A DNA stretch of 64,000 nucleotides from an uncultured Verrucomicrobiae bacterium (GCA_963798305.1 CAWCST010000004.1:21425-85424), one strand, 5' to 3'; counted from the stretch's first letter, positions 55,476 through 64,000 are shown. Notes: generated by a model not told the origin, from the letters alone. Numbers and translations are program-made.

Positions 55476-56192
55476 ATGAACGACCTATTGAACCTCGCTA
55501 TCAAAGCGCACGGCGGCCTCGAACGTTGGAGGCAAGTGCGAAGTCTGCAAGCCAAGGTCACGTTGAACGGTACTCTTTGGCGGATCAAGGGACGGCCCAA
55601 CGGCCTGCCTGGTGTACTCATGCGGGCTGACACGAGGCAGCCCGCACTGACAATGACTCCTTTCCCAAGTCCCGGCAGCGTCGGGCATTTTACAACGGAT
55701 CGCGTGTGGATTGAGGGCGAGAATCATAAGCTTGTCAGCGAACTCAACAAGCCACGAGACTCATTCACCGGTGCCGTCCTCACGACGAAGTGGAACGAAC
55801 TCCAGGAACTCTACTTCGCTGGCTACGCATTCTGGAATTACTTCACGACTCCGTTCCTACTGGCTCAGCCTGGCGTTGAGGTCGAAGAGATTGAGCCTCA
55901 TAAGGAGGATGGTGAAATCTGGCGACCGCTCAGCGTAATCTTCCCACCTGAGATTCCCACCCACTCCGCTCACCAGACATTTTATTTCAATGACAAGGGC
56001 CTTCTTCAGAGGCATGACTACGCCACTGACGTGGCAGGCGGTGTGGCCTCTCACTATTGTTTTGATCATGTCACATTCGACGACATCGTCGTCCCAACTT
56101 TCCGCCGGGTGGTCAAACGCCGAACCGACGGCCCCGTTATCCATGGTCCGACCGCAGTGCTTATAGTGATAAGCGACGTTTCGCTGAGCTGA
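55476..56192 (+). CDS. conserved hypothetical protein (238 aa)
   Basis: Intact ORF in a co-directional run with the preceding genes. No family recognised. Confidence 0.55.
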   Translation: MNDLLNLAIKAHGGLERWRQVRSLQAKVTLNGTLWRIKGRPNGLPGVLMRADTRQPALTMTPFPSPGSVGHFTTDRVWIEGENHKLVSELNKPRDSFTGAVLTTKWNELQELYFAGYAFWNYFTTPFLLAQPGVEVEEIEPHKEDGEIWRPLSVIFPPEIPTHSAHQTFYFNDKGLLQRHDYATDVAGGVASHYCFDHVTFDDIVVPTFRRVVKRRTDGPVIHGPTAVLIVISDVSLS

Positions 56193-56309
56193 GTTGGGGG
56201 ACTCTCAAGGGTTAGCGATCTTCTGCAAAACAACGTTCGGAGGTCACGCACGTGCCTTTACCCGGGGGAGCGCCAGTTTGTGTGCTGGTGTTGCAGACGG
56301 CCTGATCTA

Positions 56310-56561
56310 TCAGAAGCGAGTCGTTTCAAGTTTCTCGATGAAGTCGTGAATTCGATTGCCAGGTGGGCGGGACGGAAAAAGTTCCTGCACAGCCATTTTG
56401 AGAACTTCCGCTAAGTACAGCAGTGTCTTGTCGTCCACATACGAAAGGCGCGCCTCGATTTTGGAAACACCGCTCCTGCTGATGTCGAAACCGGCAAGCT
56501 GAAGCTTGGTCGCAAGATCTGATTGCGACCAGCCCAGCGCGTATCGCCGCGGGCTTACCAT
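56310..56561 (-). CDS. XRE family HTH transcriptional regulator (short)
   Basis: LGWSQSDLATKLQLAGFDISRSGVSKIEARLSYVDDKTLLYLAEVL. Confidence 0.75.
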   Translation of the reverse strand: MVSPRRYALGWSQSDLATKLQLAGFDISRSGVSKIEARLSYVDDKTLLYLAEVLKMAVQELFPSRPPGNRIHDFIEKLETTRF

Positions 56562-56587
56562 GTGAGTCTCTTATAGCTAGTGGTTTA

Positions 56588-56607
56588 CGATTTTGACCGA
56601 TTTTGAC
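56588..56607. repeat. perfect tandem 10-mer (CGATTTTGAC x2) upstream of the XRE gene
   Basis: Seen directly in the sequence, 27 nt upstream of the XRE start. Possible operator. Confidence 0.4.
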
Positions 56608-56798
56608 GGTGCCCCGCTGATCTCCGCCAAACTGGTGGGCTTGGACGCTACTTGGACGTTTTTCAGCCTCGAATGGCCGCAACACGGGCGGGGTTACAAG
56701 CATGCGCGGTGAAACAATCGTCGATGTCAGACTGCAAGTTGCGGTAGTGCCAGGCCACCCCTGATTTCGCAGAAACCGATCTCGCGACGACGCGACTA

Positions 56799-57344
56799 TT
56801 AGGGAGCTGGGGTCGAAGAAACCTGGCCTGCCTTCTCCAGCTCCGAGATGGTCGCACGCAACTCGGCAGTGCGTTCGCGGACTGCATCCTCAAGGGCGGC
56901 GCGTTGATTATCGAGAAGCAGGTGCGCCCGGCGGCTCTTGAGGAGATTGCGAATACGCAAAGCGACCTCGATGTGATCGAGCGGCTTAAGCAGAAAGTCC
57001 GTTGCTCCCGCTTCGAGTGCGCGGCGCTTCGTTTCCTCATTTGTGTCCGCGGTTAGAACAACGACCGGTAGAAAGCTTTCGTCCCACTCGGTACGAAGCG
57101 AATCGAGAATGGCGAAGCCATCCGGGGGTGGCATCATCAAGTCGAGCAGGATCAGGTCCGGCTGAAAGTTCTTGCAGATGTTGAGCGCGAGTTTGGAATC
57201 CGTGACCGATTCCAGGCGAGTGTAACCGTTCTCAACCAGGATGTCTTCGAGCAGCTCGACATTCACCGGCTCGTCGTCGATCAAGAGGATTTTCATTTTG
57301 GCGAGTTCCGCCGAATCATCATGCCACCGGTTTGCCGTATTCAT
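56799..57344 (-). CDS. response regulator (REC plus C-terminal coiled coil)
   Basis: KILLIDDEPVNVELL, LILLDLMMPPPDG, DFLLKP. The start overlaps the upstream kinase stop by 4 nt. Confidence 0.85.
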   Translation of the reverse strand: MNTANRWHDDSAELAKMKILLIDDEPVNVELLEDILVENGYTRLESVTDSKLALNICKNFQPDLILLDLMMPPPDGFAILDSLRTEWDESFLPVVVLTADTNEETKRRALEAGATDFLLKPLDHIEVALRIRNLLKSRRAHLLLDNQRAALEDAVRERTAELRATISELEKAGQVSSTPAP

Positions 57345-59620
57345 GATCGAACTTCGGTCAGATGCCCGTCAGAACGAGCGGCCGTAGTGGAGCATTTTCC
57401 ATTGTTGGCCGCAGTCGTTCTGTCCAACACGCGGAAAAACTCGTCCACATCCAGTGGCTTGGTCAGATAAGCATCCGCTCCCGCCGTCATCAGCCGGTTG
57501 ATCTGATGCGTGGTGGCGTCGGCACTGATGACAACGACCGGAATATCGCGAGCAGTCTCGGACGACTTCAACTCCGAAATCACTTCGCGCCCATCGATAT
57601 CCGGCAGGTGAACGTCGAGCAGGATGAGATCTAGTGAATGCTGGCGCGCCAAATCAAGGCCGACCTTACCTTGCATGGCTGTCAGCAATTCGATCTCGGG
57701 CCGTTCCTCGAGCATTTGCTCGATCAACGTCAGATTGGAAAGGTTGTCCTCGATGTAGAGAATCTTGCGATTCGCGGACTTGGGACGCGCTCCGCGGCCG
57801 TTGCCGTTTTTCTTGGGCGACGAACCCTTTTGCAACGGCGATTTGGTCCGGGGAAGTTCAAACCAGAAGGTGCTGCCTTTGCCAACTGTGCTTTCGACGC
57901 CGATCGAACCGCCCATCGCCTGCATCAGGCGCTGCGAAAGAGCGAGGCCGAGGCCAGTTCCCTCCACAGTCGACTGTTCGGCACCGAGACGCTCGAATGG
58001 TGTAAACAACCGCTCGAGTTTTTCGTTCGGAATTCCAGGGCCAGTGTCGCGCACAACAATCCGGACGTTCTCATCGCCGTTAGCGTTGTGGGAGACGCTG
58101 ACGGTTCCTGAAACCGGCGTGTACTTCAGCGCGTTCGTCAGCAGATTGAGCAAGACTTGCTTCAACCGCTGCCGATCCGCCAGCACGAACACCGAATCGT
58201 CGAATGACGCTGGCGTCGAAAGCTGTATACTGCGCTCGGCAGCGAGTGGACGTATCAAGTCGAGCGCCTCGGTAAGGGCATCGGCGGCACAAACGGGCTC
58301 CAGCGAAAGTTGCATCCTGCCTGATTCGATGCGGCTGATATCGAGGACTTCGTTGATCAGCTCAAGAAGATGTTTTCCGGCGCTTAAGATGTGATGAATG
58401 CGTGTGCGCTGCGTTTCGGTCGGATTTTGCCGTTCCAGCAATTGCCCGAATCCGATAATCGCATTGAGCGGCGTGCGGAGTTCGTGACTGACACGCGAGA
58501 GGAATTCACTTTTGGCTTTGTTTGCCCGCTCTACTTCCTCAACACGCTTCCGTTGAGTTATGTCTTCGACGGTGCCCTCGTAGTACAGGATCGCTCCGGT
58601 CGCATCCCGGACGGCGCGGGCATTTACGCAGAGCCAAATCTTGCTGCGATCCTTGCGGTAGCTCTCGTACTCAAACAGCTCCACAAATCCCTTCGCCTCA
58701 ATTAGCCGCTTGAACTCGTTCCGACGCTCGGAATCCACATATAGGATCTGGCCGATGTCACTAATCGTCATGAGCTCTTCCGGCGAATCGTATCCGTACA
58801 TTCGTGCCAGCGCCGGATTTGCGCTGAGACACTTTCCGTCAGGAGTAGTCTGAAACATGCCCTCGATGGCGCCTTCAAATATGAGTCGATATTTCTCTTC
58901 CGCTTTGCGCAGCGCGCTGTCTTGGGACTGAATCCGGGCCAACATTCGATTGAAGGCATCCGTCAGAGCGCCCACTTCGTCGCTGCACACTTTGTTTGCA
59001 CGGACGGAGTAGTCGTTATGGTCTGCGACCGTACGCGCGGTGCCAGCGAGCCGAAGGATCGGATCGGTAATGAAACGCAGAAATTGACTGGAAAGAACGA
59101 ACGCGACAAGGAGCGAGGCGACGAGAACCAGAGCAAAGATGCCGCCGTACAGTTTTAGCAGCTGCGATGTCAGGGCATGCAAATCGGCCAAGAGGTAGAG
59201 AGTTCCCTCGCGCGCGTCACTCAGCATCACTGGCTGCGCCAGGAGGATGCGATCCCGGTCGATGCGGAAACCCGATCTCAATCGCGCTGCTTTGATTTCG
59301 GTCTCATCCTGTGCGGTTCCAAAAAAAGCCAGCCGCTGCTGGTCCACGAGCTCAAGCCGTGCACTAACAAGCTGCGGCATGGTCCTAAGTCCCCCAAGGA
59401 TCTGGGCGGCGGCATCCTCATCCTTGAACATGACCGCTGCGGCACAGTTGTGGGCCGTGATCTCGCCCACGACGGCCAGTTCGTGGGCGGAGTGCTGTTT
59501 TAAGGTGTAGGCTTGGAAATAGAATAGGGCCGCAAATGCAAGGAGCAGCACTGCGCCCGTGATCACCATGATCACGAAGGTGATTTTTTGCCGGATAGGT
59601 CGATCGCGCAGGTTTTGCAT
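57341..59620 (-). CDS. hybrid sensor histidine kinase (CHASE8-like N-terminal sensor, HAMP, PAS, HisKA, HATPase, REC)
   Basis: Intact 759-aa ORF with a canonical H-box FLSRVSHELRTPLNAIIGF, DTGPGI, GTGLGLALS, and a C-terminal REC (ILYIEDN...LILLDVHLPDIDG). Confidence 0.9.
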   Translation of the reverse strand: MQNLRDRPIRQKITFVIMVITGAVLLLAFAALFYFQAYTLKQHSAHELAVVGEITAHNCAAAVMFKDEDAAAQILGGLRTMPQLVSARLELVDQQRLAFFGTAQDETEIKAARLRSGFRIDRDRILLAQPVMLSDAREGTLYLLADLHALTSQLLKLYGGIFALVLVASLLVAFVLSSQFLRFITDPILRLAGTARTVADHNDYSVRANKVCSDEVGALTDAFNRMLARIQSQDSALRKAEEKYRLIFEGAIEGMFQTTPDGKCLSANPALARMYGYDSPEELMTISDIGQILYVDSERRNEFKRLIEAKGFVELFEYESYRKDRSKIWLCVNARAVRDATGAILYYEGTVEDITQRKRVEEVERANKAKSEFLSRVSHELRTPLNAIIGFGQLLERQNPTETQRTRIHHILSAGKHLLELINEVLDISRIESGRMQLSLEPVCAADALTEALDLIRPLAAERSIQLSTPASFDDSVFVLADRQRLKQVLLNLLTNALKYTPVSGTVSVSHNANGDENVRIVVRDTGPGIPNEKLERLFTPFERLGAEQSTVEGTGLGLALSQRLMQAMGGSIGVESTVGKGSTFWFELPRTKSPLQKGSSPKKNGNGRGARPKSANRKILYIEDNLSNLTLIEQMLEERPEIELLTAMQGKVGLDLARQHSLDLILLDVHLPDIDGREVISELKSSETARDIPVVVISADATTHQINRLMTAGADAYLTKPLDVDEFFRVLDRTTAANNGKCSTTAARSDGHLTEVRS

Positions 59621-59874
59621 GGTACCTCAACTCCCGATTTCGGGGGTTTAAGAGCTACTTTCGAGCCGAGCGGAAGAAAGAAATTCCGCCGTGTGCCAAC
59701 GGGTTCTCAAGCAAGCAAAACTCATGCGACCGCGGCACCTGCTGGAGTGCGGTGGTAATGGAACGTATTTTGCTTCGCAAGGGCCGGGCGGACGGCCCCT
59801 CCGCAACACCTGCACTGGCAGCCTGACTTCTCAAACTCAAGAAAATACAAGATCAGCATCTTCGGAATTACTTC

Positions 59875-61797
59875 ATGAATCTATACACACCCGAGGTCGA
59901 GAACCCGCAAGAGCCGGCACAGCTCAAGCGCGAAACACCAAAACAGTTTGCAAGCGCGCATGGTTCTTTGGAATCCGGACGTAAGAGTAATGGCCTCTTG
60001 ACTGCCGCTCTACTGGTTGCGGTGGCGATAGCTATGGGCTTGGGGTTCTGGAAACTATCACGTCAGTTAGCGCCTCAGCTAGTCAGTTCGCCCACATCGA
60101 CACAGGACGGCAATGCGACGTTGCTGCCGGAAAGGAGTGTCGCGGTGCTCCCTTTCGAGAATCTTGGCGAGGATAAGGAAAATGCGTTCTTGGCCGACGG
60201 TGTGCAGGACGACATTCTCAGTGCACTTTCTAAAGTCGCCGATCTCAAAGTCATCAGCCGCACTTCAGTCAACACTTACACTACTGGCACGCCGCGCAAC
60301 CTACCCGAGATCGCCAAAACCCTGGGAGTTGCTTACGTCTTGGAGGGAAGTGTTCGCCAAGTCAGTGAAAAGGTACGCATCACCGCTCAACTAACCGATG
60401 CTCGCACAGACACTCATTTGTGGGCCGAAAGCTACGAGCGCGATTTGGGCAACGTCTTCGCAATCCAGAGCGAGATCGTGCAGCGAATTATCTCGCAACT
60501 CCAAGCCACAGTCTCATCCAAAGAGAAAGCCGCGATTGCAGAACGCCCGACCAAGAATCTCGCCGCCTACGGGGTTTATGTGCGAGCGAAGGCGCTCATC
60601 GCGACCATTTCTCTCAATGCTCAAATCAACGAAAAACTACGCGAAGCCGTTCAGTTGCTCGATAAAGCGATCGCGCGCGACCCGGATTTCTATCTCGCGT
60701 ACTACGAGTTATCCGCCGCGCACGACTACCTGTATTTCTTTGGTCTGGATCACACGCCGGCCCGTCTTGCGTCGGCGGAGGCTGCGCTGAATGCTGTCGT
60801 TCGCCTGCGCCCTGATGCGGCCGAGACGCACCTCGCTCGAGCCAACTTTTTCTACCGCTGCTATCTTGATTATGATCATGCGCGCACGGAGCTCGCCCTT
60901 GCCCAGCGCGCTTTGCCGAACAATTCGGAAATCTTCGAGTTAACCGGCTACATGGATCGCCGCCAAGGACTATGGAACGAATCTGCTCGGAGTTTGCAAA
61001 GAGCTCTCGAACTCGATCCGCGCAACTTTTTTATGCTCCAGCAGATAGCGCTAAGTTACCAGGAATTCCGGCAGTTTGGGGCGATGGCTGCTGCCTTAGA
61101 CCGTGCTCTTGCCTTGATTCCTCGTGATCTCGACACGCGCGTGACTCGCGCTCTGGTCGATTTGGAGTGGAAGGCCGACCCGCGGCCTTTGCACGAGATT
61201 GTCAGAAGAATCTCGGCCGAAGATCCGGCAACGGCGGCAGATCTGGCGGCTCAATGGTTCTATGTTGCGCTTTGCGAACGCGATCCGGCCGCAACCGCGC
61301 AAGCTCTGGCTGCGATGCCGGCAAGCGGCACATCCGTTGACCTGAACTTTCCACGCTCGTGGTGCGAAGGGTTCGCCGCCCGCGTCAGAGGTGATGCTGC
61401 TGCAGCGCAAACCGCTTTCCTCGCAGCGCGCGCCGAAGTCGAAAGAACGGTGAGCGAGCAACCTAATTATGGTCCGGGTTTCGCCGTGCTCGGACTAATT
61501 GATGCCGGACTCGGCCGCAAAGAAGAAGCACTTCGCGAGGGGCGTCACGCTGTTGAGCTACTGCCTATTACCAAAGATTCTATCGACGGCGCAGAGCTGG
61601 TGAAATATCTCGGCGTTATCTATGCCTGGTGTGACGAGAAGGATCTTGCCATTCAGCAAATAGCGGCGACGCTGCGGATCCCAAGTACTTTAAGCTATGG
61701 CAACTTGAAACTGCATCCCTATTGGGATCCGCTGCGCGGTGAACCGCGTTTCGAGAAAATTGTGGCTGACCTGGCACCGAAGAAGCCCGAGAAATAG
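59875..61797 (+). CDS. membrane-anchored TolB-N-like / TPR repeat protein
   Basis: Intact 640-aa ORF with one TM helix. SVAVLPFENLGEDKENAFLADGVQDDILSAL and ..VAYVLEGSVRQ.. (a TolB-N-like module), then TPR-like repeats. Confidence 0.75.
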   Translation: MNLYTPEVENPQEPAQLKRETPKQFASAHGSLESGRKSNGLLTAALLVAVAIAMGLGFWKLSRQLAPQLVSSPTSTQDGNATLLPERSVAVLPFENLGEDKENAFLADGVQDDILSALSKVADLKVISRTSVNTYTTGTPRNLPEIAKTLGVAYVLEGSVRQVSEKVRITAQLTDARTDTHLWAESYERDLGNVFAIQSEIVQRIISQLQATVSSKEKAAIAERPTKNLAAYGVYVRAKALIATISLNAQINEKLREAVQLLDKAIARDPDFYLAYYELSAAHDYLYFFGLDHTPARLASAEAALNAVVRLRPDAAETHLARANFFYRCYLDYDHARTELALAQRALPNNSEIFELTGYMDRRQGLWNESARSLQRALELDPRNFFMLQQIALSYQEFRQFGAMAAALDRALALIPRDLDTRVTRALVDLEWKADPRPLHEIVRRISAEDPATAADLAAQWFYVALCERDPAATAQALAAMPASGTSVDLNFPRSWCEGFAARVRGDAAAAQTAFLAARAEVERTVSEQPNYGPGFAVLGLIDAGLGRKEEALREGRHAVELLPITKDSIDGAELVKYLGVIYAWCDEKDLAIQQIAATLRIPSTLSYGNLKLHPYWDPLRGEPRFEKIVADLAPKKPEK

Positions 61798-61807
61798 GCA
61801 GTCGGAA

Positions 61808-61880
61808 ACCGCCGTCCGTGAAGAATGCGTTCTCCTGATTTGCGCTCAGATTTTCGAATGGAAGCAATTCCAGCGGGGAA
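61808..61880 (-). pseudogene. short fragment of a TolB-N-like module gene (paralog of the 59875 gene), reverse strand
   Basis: The reverse strand reads ..LLPFENLSANQENAFFTDG.., then breaks off. Confidence 0.45.
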
Positions 61881-62020
61881 TCTTTCAACGAAGTCACGAT
61901 TTCGTTCGCGAGAGCGGATTGTTCGACGTGCAAATCACATTTATGATGCCGTTTCCTGGCACGCCGCTCTGTGCGCGGCTGCGCAACGAAGGCCGAATCC
62001 TGGAAGAAGAAGCGTGGGGG
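61865..62020 (+). pseudogene. C-terminal fragment of a radical SAM (B12-binding-type) protein
   Basis: ..DFVRESGLFDVQITFMMPFPGTPLCARLRNEGRILEEEAWG.. has no N-terminal part and runs straight into attR. Confidence 0.5.
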
Positions 62021-62055
62021 CGTTATTCTTGGTTCGAATCCAAGCGGGGTAGCCA
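62019..62055 (+). repeat. attR-type core: displaced 3' end of tRNA-Gln
   Basis: Exact 37-nt copy of 43098..43134. No tRNA 5' half is present upstream. Confidence 0.9.
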
Positions 62056-62063
62056 GCCCCGGT

Positions 62064-63452
62064 CTAACGAGCCGGTGAGGTCTCTGGCGATGGCAGCGGG
62101 CTTTCATTCAGGCTCGGACTTGCGATTGGAAAGGCAAAAGTCGCCCCAGGCGATGCCGATGGAGTTGTTGATATGCCGGGCGCAGTCGGCGTCGGAGTTG
62201 GACTGGCAGTGATTGTCGATGTTGGTGTTGGCAGAGGCGGAATAATGTTTTCCCAATGGTGCAACGGCGCGGCCGCACCGCCGATTTCGTCCACGAGGGT
62301 TTGGCAGCGCGCTTGAATTTTGTCCAAATCGGGCGGGCCGAACGGGGTTTCGGCTGTTCCCGGGAAAATTAAGTAAGTCACTTTGAGATCACTCACGGGT
62401 CGATTATACGGCGTGGATTGCGGGTTAATTTCTTTGGCGACCCGAAACGATGCTTCGCCAACTTTGTCGTTAGGTCCAATGTCTCCGACGATGGCCGGAT
62501 AGATCGCTCCGCCGAAAACGACCAGCGCGTAATCGCCAGTCTTCGCCGCTTCATGGCCATGCGTGAACGCGCCGGGAATTACGATGTAGGGATCGGTTGC
62601 GCCGATGAGGAAGCTGTATTTTTGGAGGGTGGAGACCTCGGCGCGGAGTTGCGTGATCGCGTTGCGCAAGTCGCGTTTGCGGTCCGGCGTGATCGTCCTC
62701 AGGGCGAACTCATCTTCCGCGCGCTTCAATCGCTCTTCCGTCGGTGGTAGATATGGATTGGGCGCTGCCGTCTTCTTGAGCCAGCGATAGCTTGTAAACG
62801 GTTTGAAATTTGTGGGTGCGCCGTTCCCAATCGGCATCCTGTCCGCGTCCGAACCGTCGGCATCGACATCCATGTCCGCCTGGAGCAGTAGCGCCCTCCG
62901 ATGACTCTGTGGGTGCAGCAGTTGCAACACGGTCTGGCAATCGTAAAAATTGTGCCGGGAAAGAAGTAGATCGAGGCGAACAAGATTTTCCCGCAACATT
63001 CTTACCTTTGTATCGTAGAGCTGCCCAAAGAGGGGCGAAACTGGATCGGCCATGAGGATTGCGGCCAAGCCGGGCAGTAATGTCGGCAATTGCGGACTCA
63101 CTTTGGCCAGTTCCTCGATCGTCTTGTTCGGCGTGGGCACACGCACCTGCAATTTTAGATCGAGAACATAGCTTTCCGGGTCGACACGCTCCGTCGTCGC
63201 GTCGGCGCCGGGTTGCGTGTCGACGGTGGAGTGAAGTGTGATACCGGTGAACAACTTGCCGGTGTCCAGTTTTCCGGTTATCGCCGGAGGTCGAGTAAGC
63301 GTCGGTTCTGGTGACGGCGTCGCTGCGACTTCCGCGGGCGCGAAATGCTGGAGGCGTTCAAGCGAAATCCAGCGATAAACAATCGCGACAAATATCACGA
63401 TCAACGAGAGCAGCACGAGTCGCCACCACGTCCGGAGACGAATTTTTTCCAC
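62064..63452 (-). CDS. membrane-anchored GH75 (chitosanase-like) family protein with a Pro/Thr/Ser-rich C-terminal tail
   Basis: Intact 462-aa ORF with an N-terminal TM helix. ADMDVDADGS, DPYIVIPG, GDYALVVFGGAIYPAIVGDIGPNDKVGEASFRVA and VTYLIFPG align with the fungal GH75 motifs DMDIDCDG, PFIVIP, GILGDSNG..GEAS and VTYIVF. Confidence 0.65.
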   Translation of the reverse strand: MEKIRLRTWWRLVLLSLIVIFVAIVYRWISLERLQHFAPAEVAATPSPEPTLTRPPAITGKLDTGKLFTGITLHSTVDTQPGADATTERVDPESYVLDLKLQVRVPTPNKTIEELAKVSPQLPTLLPGLAAILMADPVSPLFGQLYDTKVRMLRENLVRLDLLLSRHNFYDCQTVLQLLHPQSHRRALLLQADMDVDADGSDADRMPIGNGAPTNFKPFTSYRWLKKTAAPNPYLPPTEERLKRAEDEFALRTITPDRKRDLRNAITQLRAEVSTLQKYSFLIGATDPYIVIPGAFTHGHEAAKTGDYALVVFGGAIYPAIVGDIGPNDKVGEASFRVAKEINPQSTPYNRPVSDLKVTYLIFPGTAETPFGPPDLDKIQARCQTLVDEIGGAAAPLHHWENIIPPLPTPTSTITASPTPTPTAPGISTTPSASPGATFAFPIASPSLNESPLPSPETSPAR

Positions 63453-63458
63453 GCGCGA

Positions 63459-63776
63459 TTACTTTTTCATCCAGGCGACGAGCGCCACGATCAAGCCAAT
63501 CACACTCAAGATCGACATCATCCCTGCGGGCATCGCTTTACCGGTGCGGATAAATTTGGGAATGAACTGCGCGGCGAGAAGAAGGGAGATAATGAATCCG
63601 GTCGCGAGTCCGACTGCGCGATGCGTCGGCAGGAATAATCCGGCGATGAGCAACAAGACGCCCGTGATCGAGCCGGCGATGATAGATGGAAGGCTGCCGG
63701 CCTTCACGTAACCGATGATCCCTCCAGTAATCGTCAGCGCGCCGAAAATGATAAAATAAATTCTGGCCGCATCCAT
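63459..63776 (-). CDS. TMEM14 (UPF0136) family small membrane protein
   Basis: MDAARIYFIIFGALTITGGIIGYVKAGSLPSIIAGSITG.. with four hydrophobic helices. The upstream Met at 63842 is less likely. Confidence 0.7.
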   Translation of the reverse strand: MDAARIYFIIFGALTITGGIIGYVKAGSLPSIIAGSITGVLLLIAGLFLPTHRAVGLATGFIISLLLAAQFIPKFIRTGKAMPAGMMSILSVIGLIVALVAWMKK

Positions 63777-63929
63777 ACTCGCGCCTCGCGCATTGGTAAT
63801 CCAACACTCCGGCACTGTCCAGCGGTCTGATACAAACGCCATCTAAGTCGATATGTCGATCTTCTGATTGTTGATCTTGCAAAAATTTCTTGCACGATCG
63901 CTACCGCAGAGAGAAGCTGCGGACGGCAA

Positions 63930-64000
63930 ATGAACACGATTCCGCGTTCACCAAATAGTGGACGCGCTCTCGTCGGGATTGTTGTTTCGGCGGCCTTTCT
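63930..64000 (+). CDS. 5' end of an unidentified secreted or membrane protein (cut by window edge)
   Basis: ATG at 63930, then MNTIPRSPNSGRALVGIVVSAAF.. open to the window end. Confidence 0.3.
   Translation, partial: MNTIPRSPNSGRALVGIVVSAAF

Larger units (their letters stand above)
43135..62055. mobile_element. putative integrated genomic island at tRNA-Gln (~18.9 kb); no recombinase detected; probably decayed
   Basis: Bounded by the 37-nt direct repeat of the tRNA 3' end. Carries accessory-type cargo, gene fragments at both ends, and island-restricted short repeats. Confidence 0.7.

Noticed and set aside
43135-62018. Search for an integrase, transposase, relaxase or phage genes inside the island.
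   Set aside because: No ORF or frame-shifted fragment shows recombinase motifs (no R..H..R..Y tyrosine-recombinase C-terminal pattern and no serine-recombinase N-terminus) by eye. This is reported as an absence, pending an HMM search.

Overview
This 64-kb window looks like part of a moderately GC-rich chromosome from a soil-type bacterium. The gene content (an ADOP-type orphan permease, DUF4912, many SDRs, short junk repeats) suggests a Verrucomicrobiota- or Acidobacteriota-like organism, but I cannot verify that here.

Positions 1 to about 43 kb are core genome. I recognise: a homocysteine methyltransferase/MTHFR fusion, mnmG, plsY-gpsA, purN, rfaE2, a lipid kinase, two APC amino-acid permeases, a tandem retropepsin-like protease, ArsR, a MurU-like/AmgK-like pair, prc, an L,D-transpeptidase, thyA, dnaK-groES-groEL, gdhA, an M28 peptidase, apbC, pyrR-pyrB-pyrC, sufC-sufB-sufD, and a two-component-like pair with degenerate H-boxes.

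An intact tRNA-Gln(UUG) sits at 43061..43134. An exact 37-nt copy of its 3' end lies at 62019..62055. Together they bound a roughly 18.9 kb accessory island. Its cargo is an ADOP permease, five SDRs, TetR, LysR, a hydrolase, GlcG, DUF427, SnoaL, XRE, a hybrid histidine kinase with a response regulator, and a TolB-N/TPR protein. I found no recombinase in it. It does contain iteron-like repeats, gene fragments and a short dispersed repeat family.

Major caveat: dozens of +/-1 frame breaks interrupt essential genes (dnaK, groEL, mnmG, gpsA, prc, suf, pyr, apbC and others). Long accessory ORFs are intact. This points to patchy assembly or consensus error rather than real pseudogenes. Gene ends in the broken regions are therefore approximate. 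I found no CRISPR array, rRNA, transposase or phage genes.
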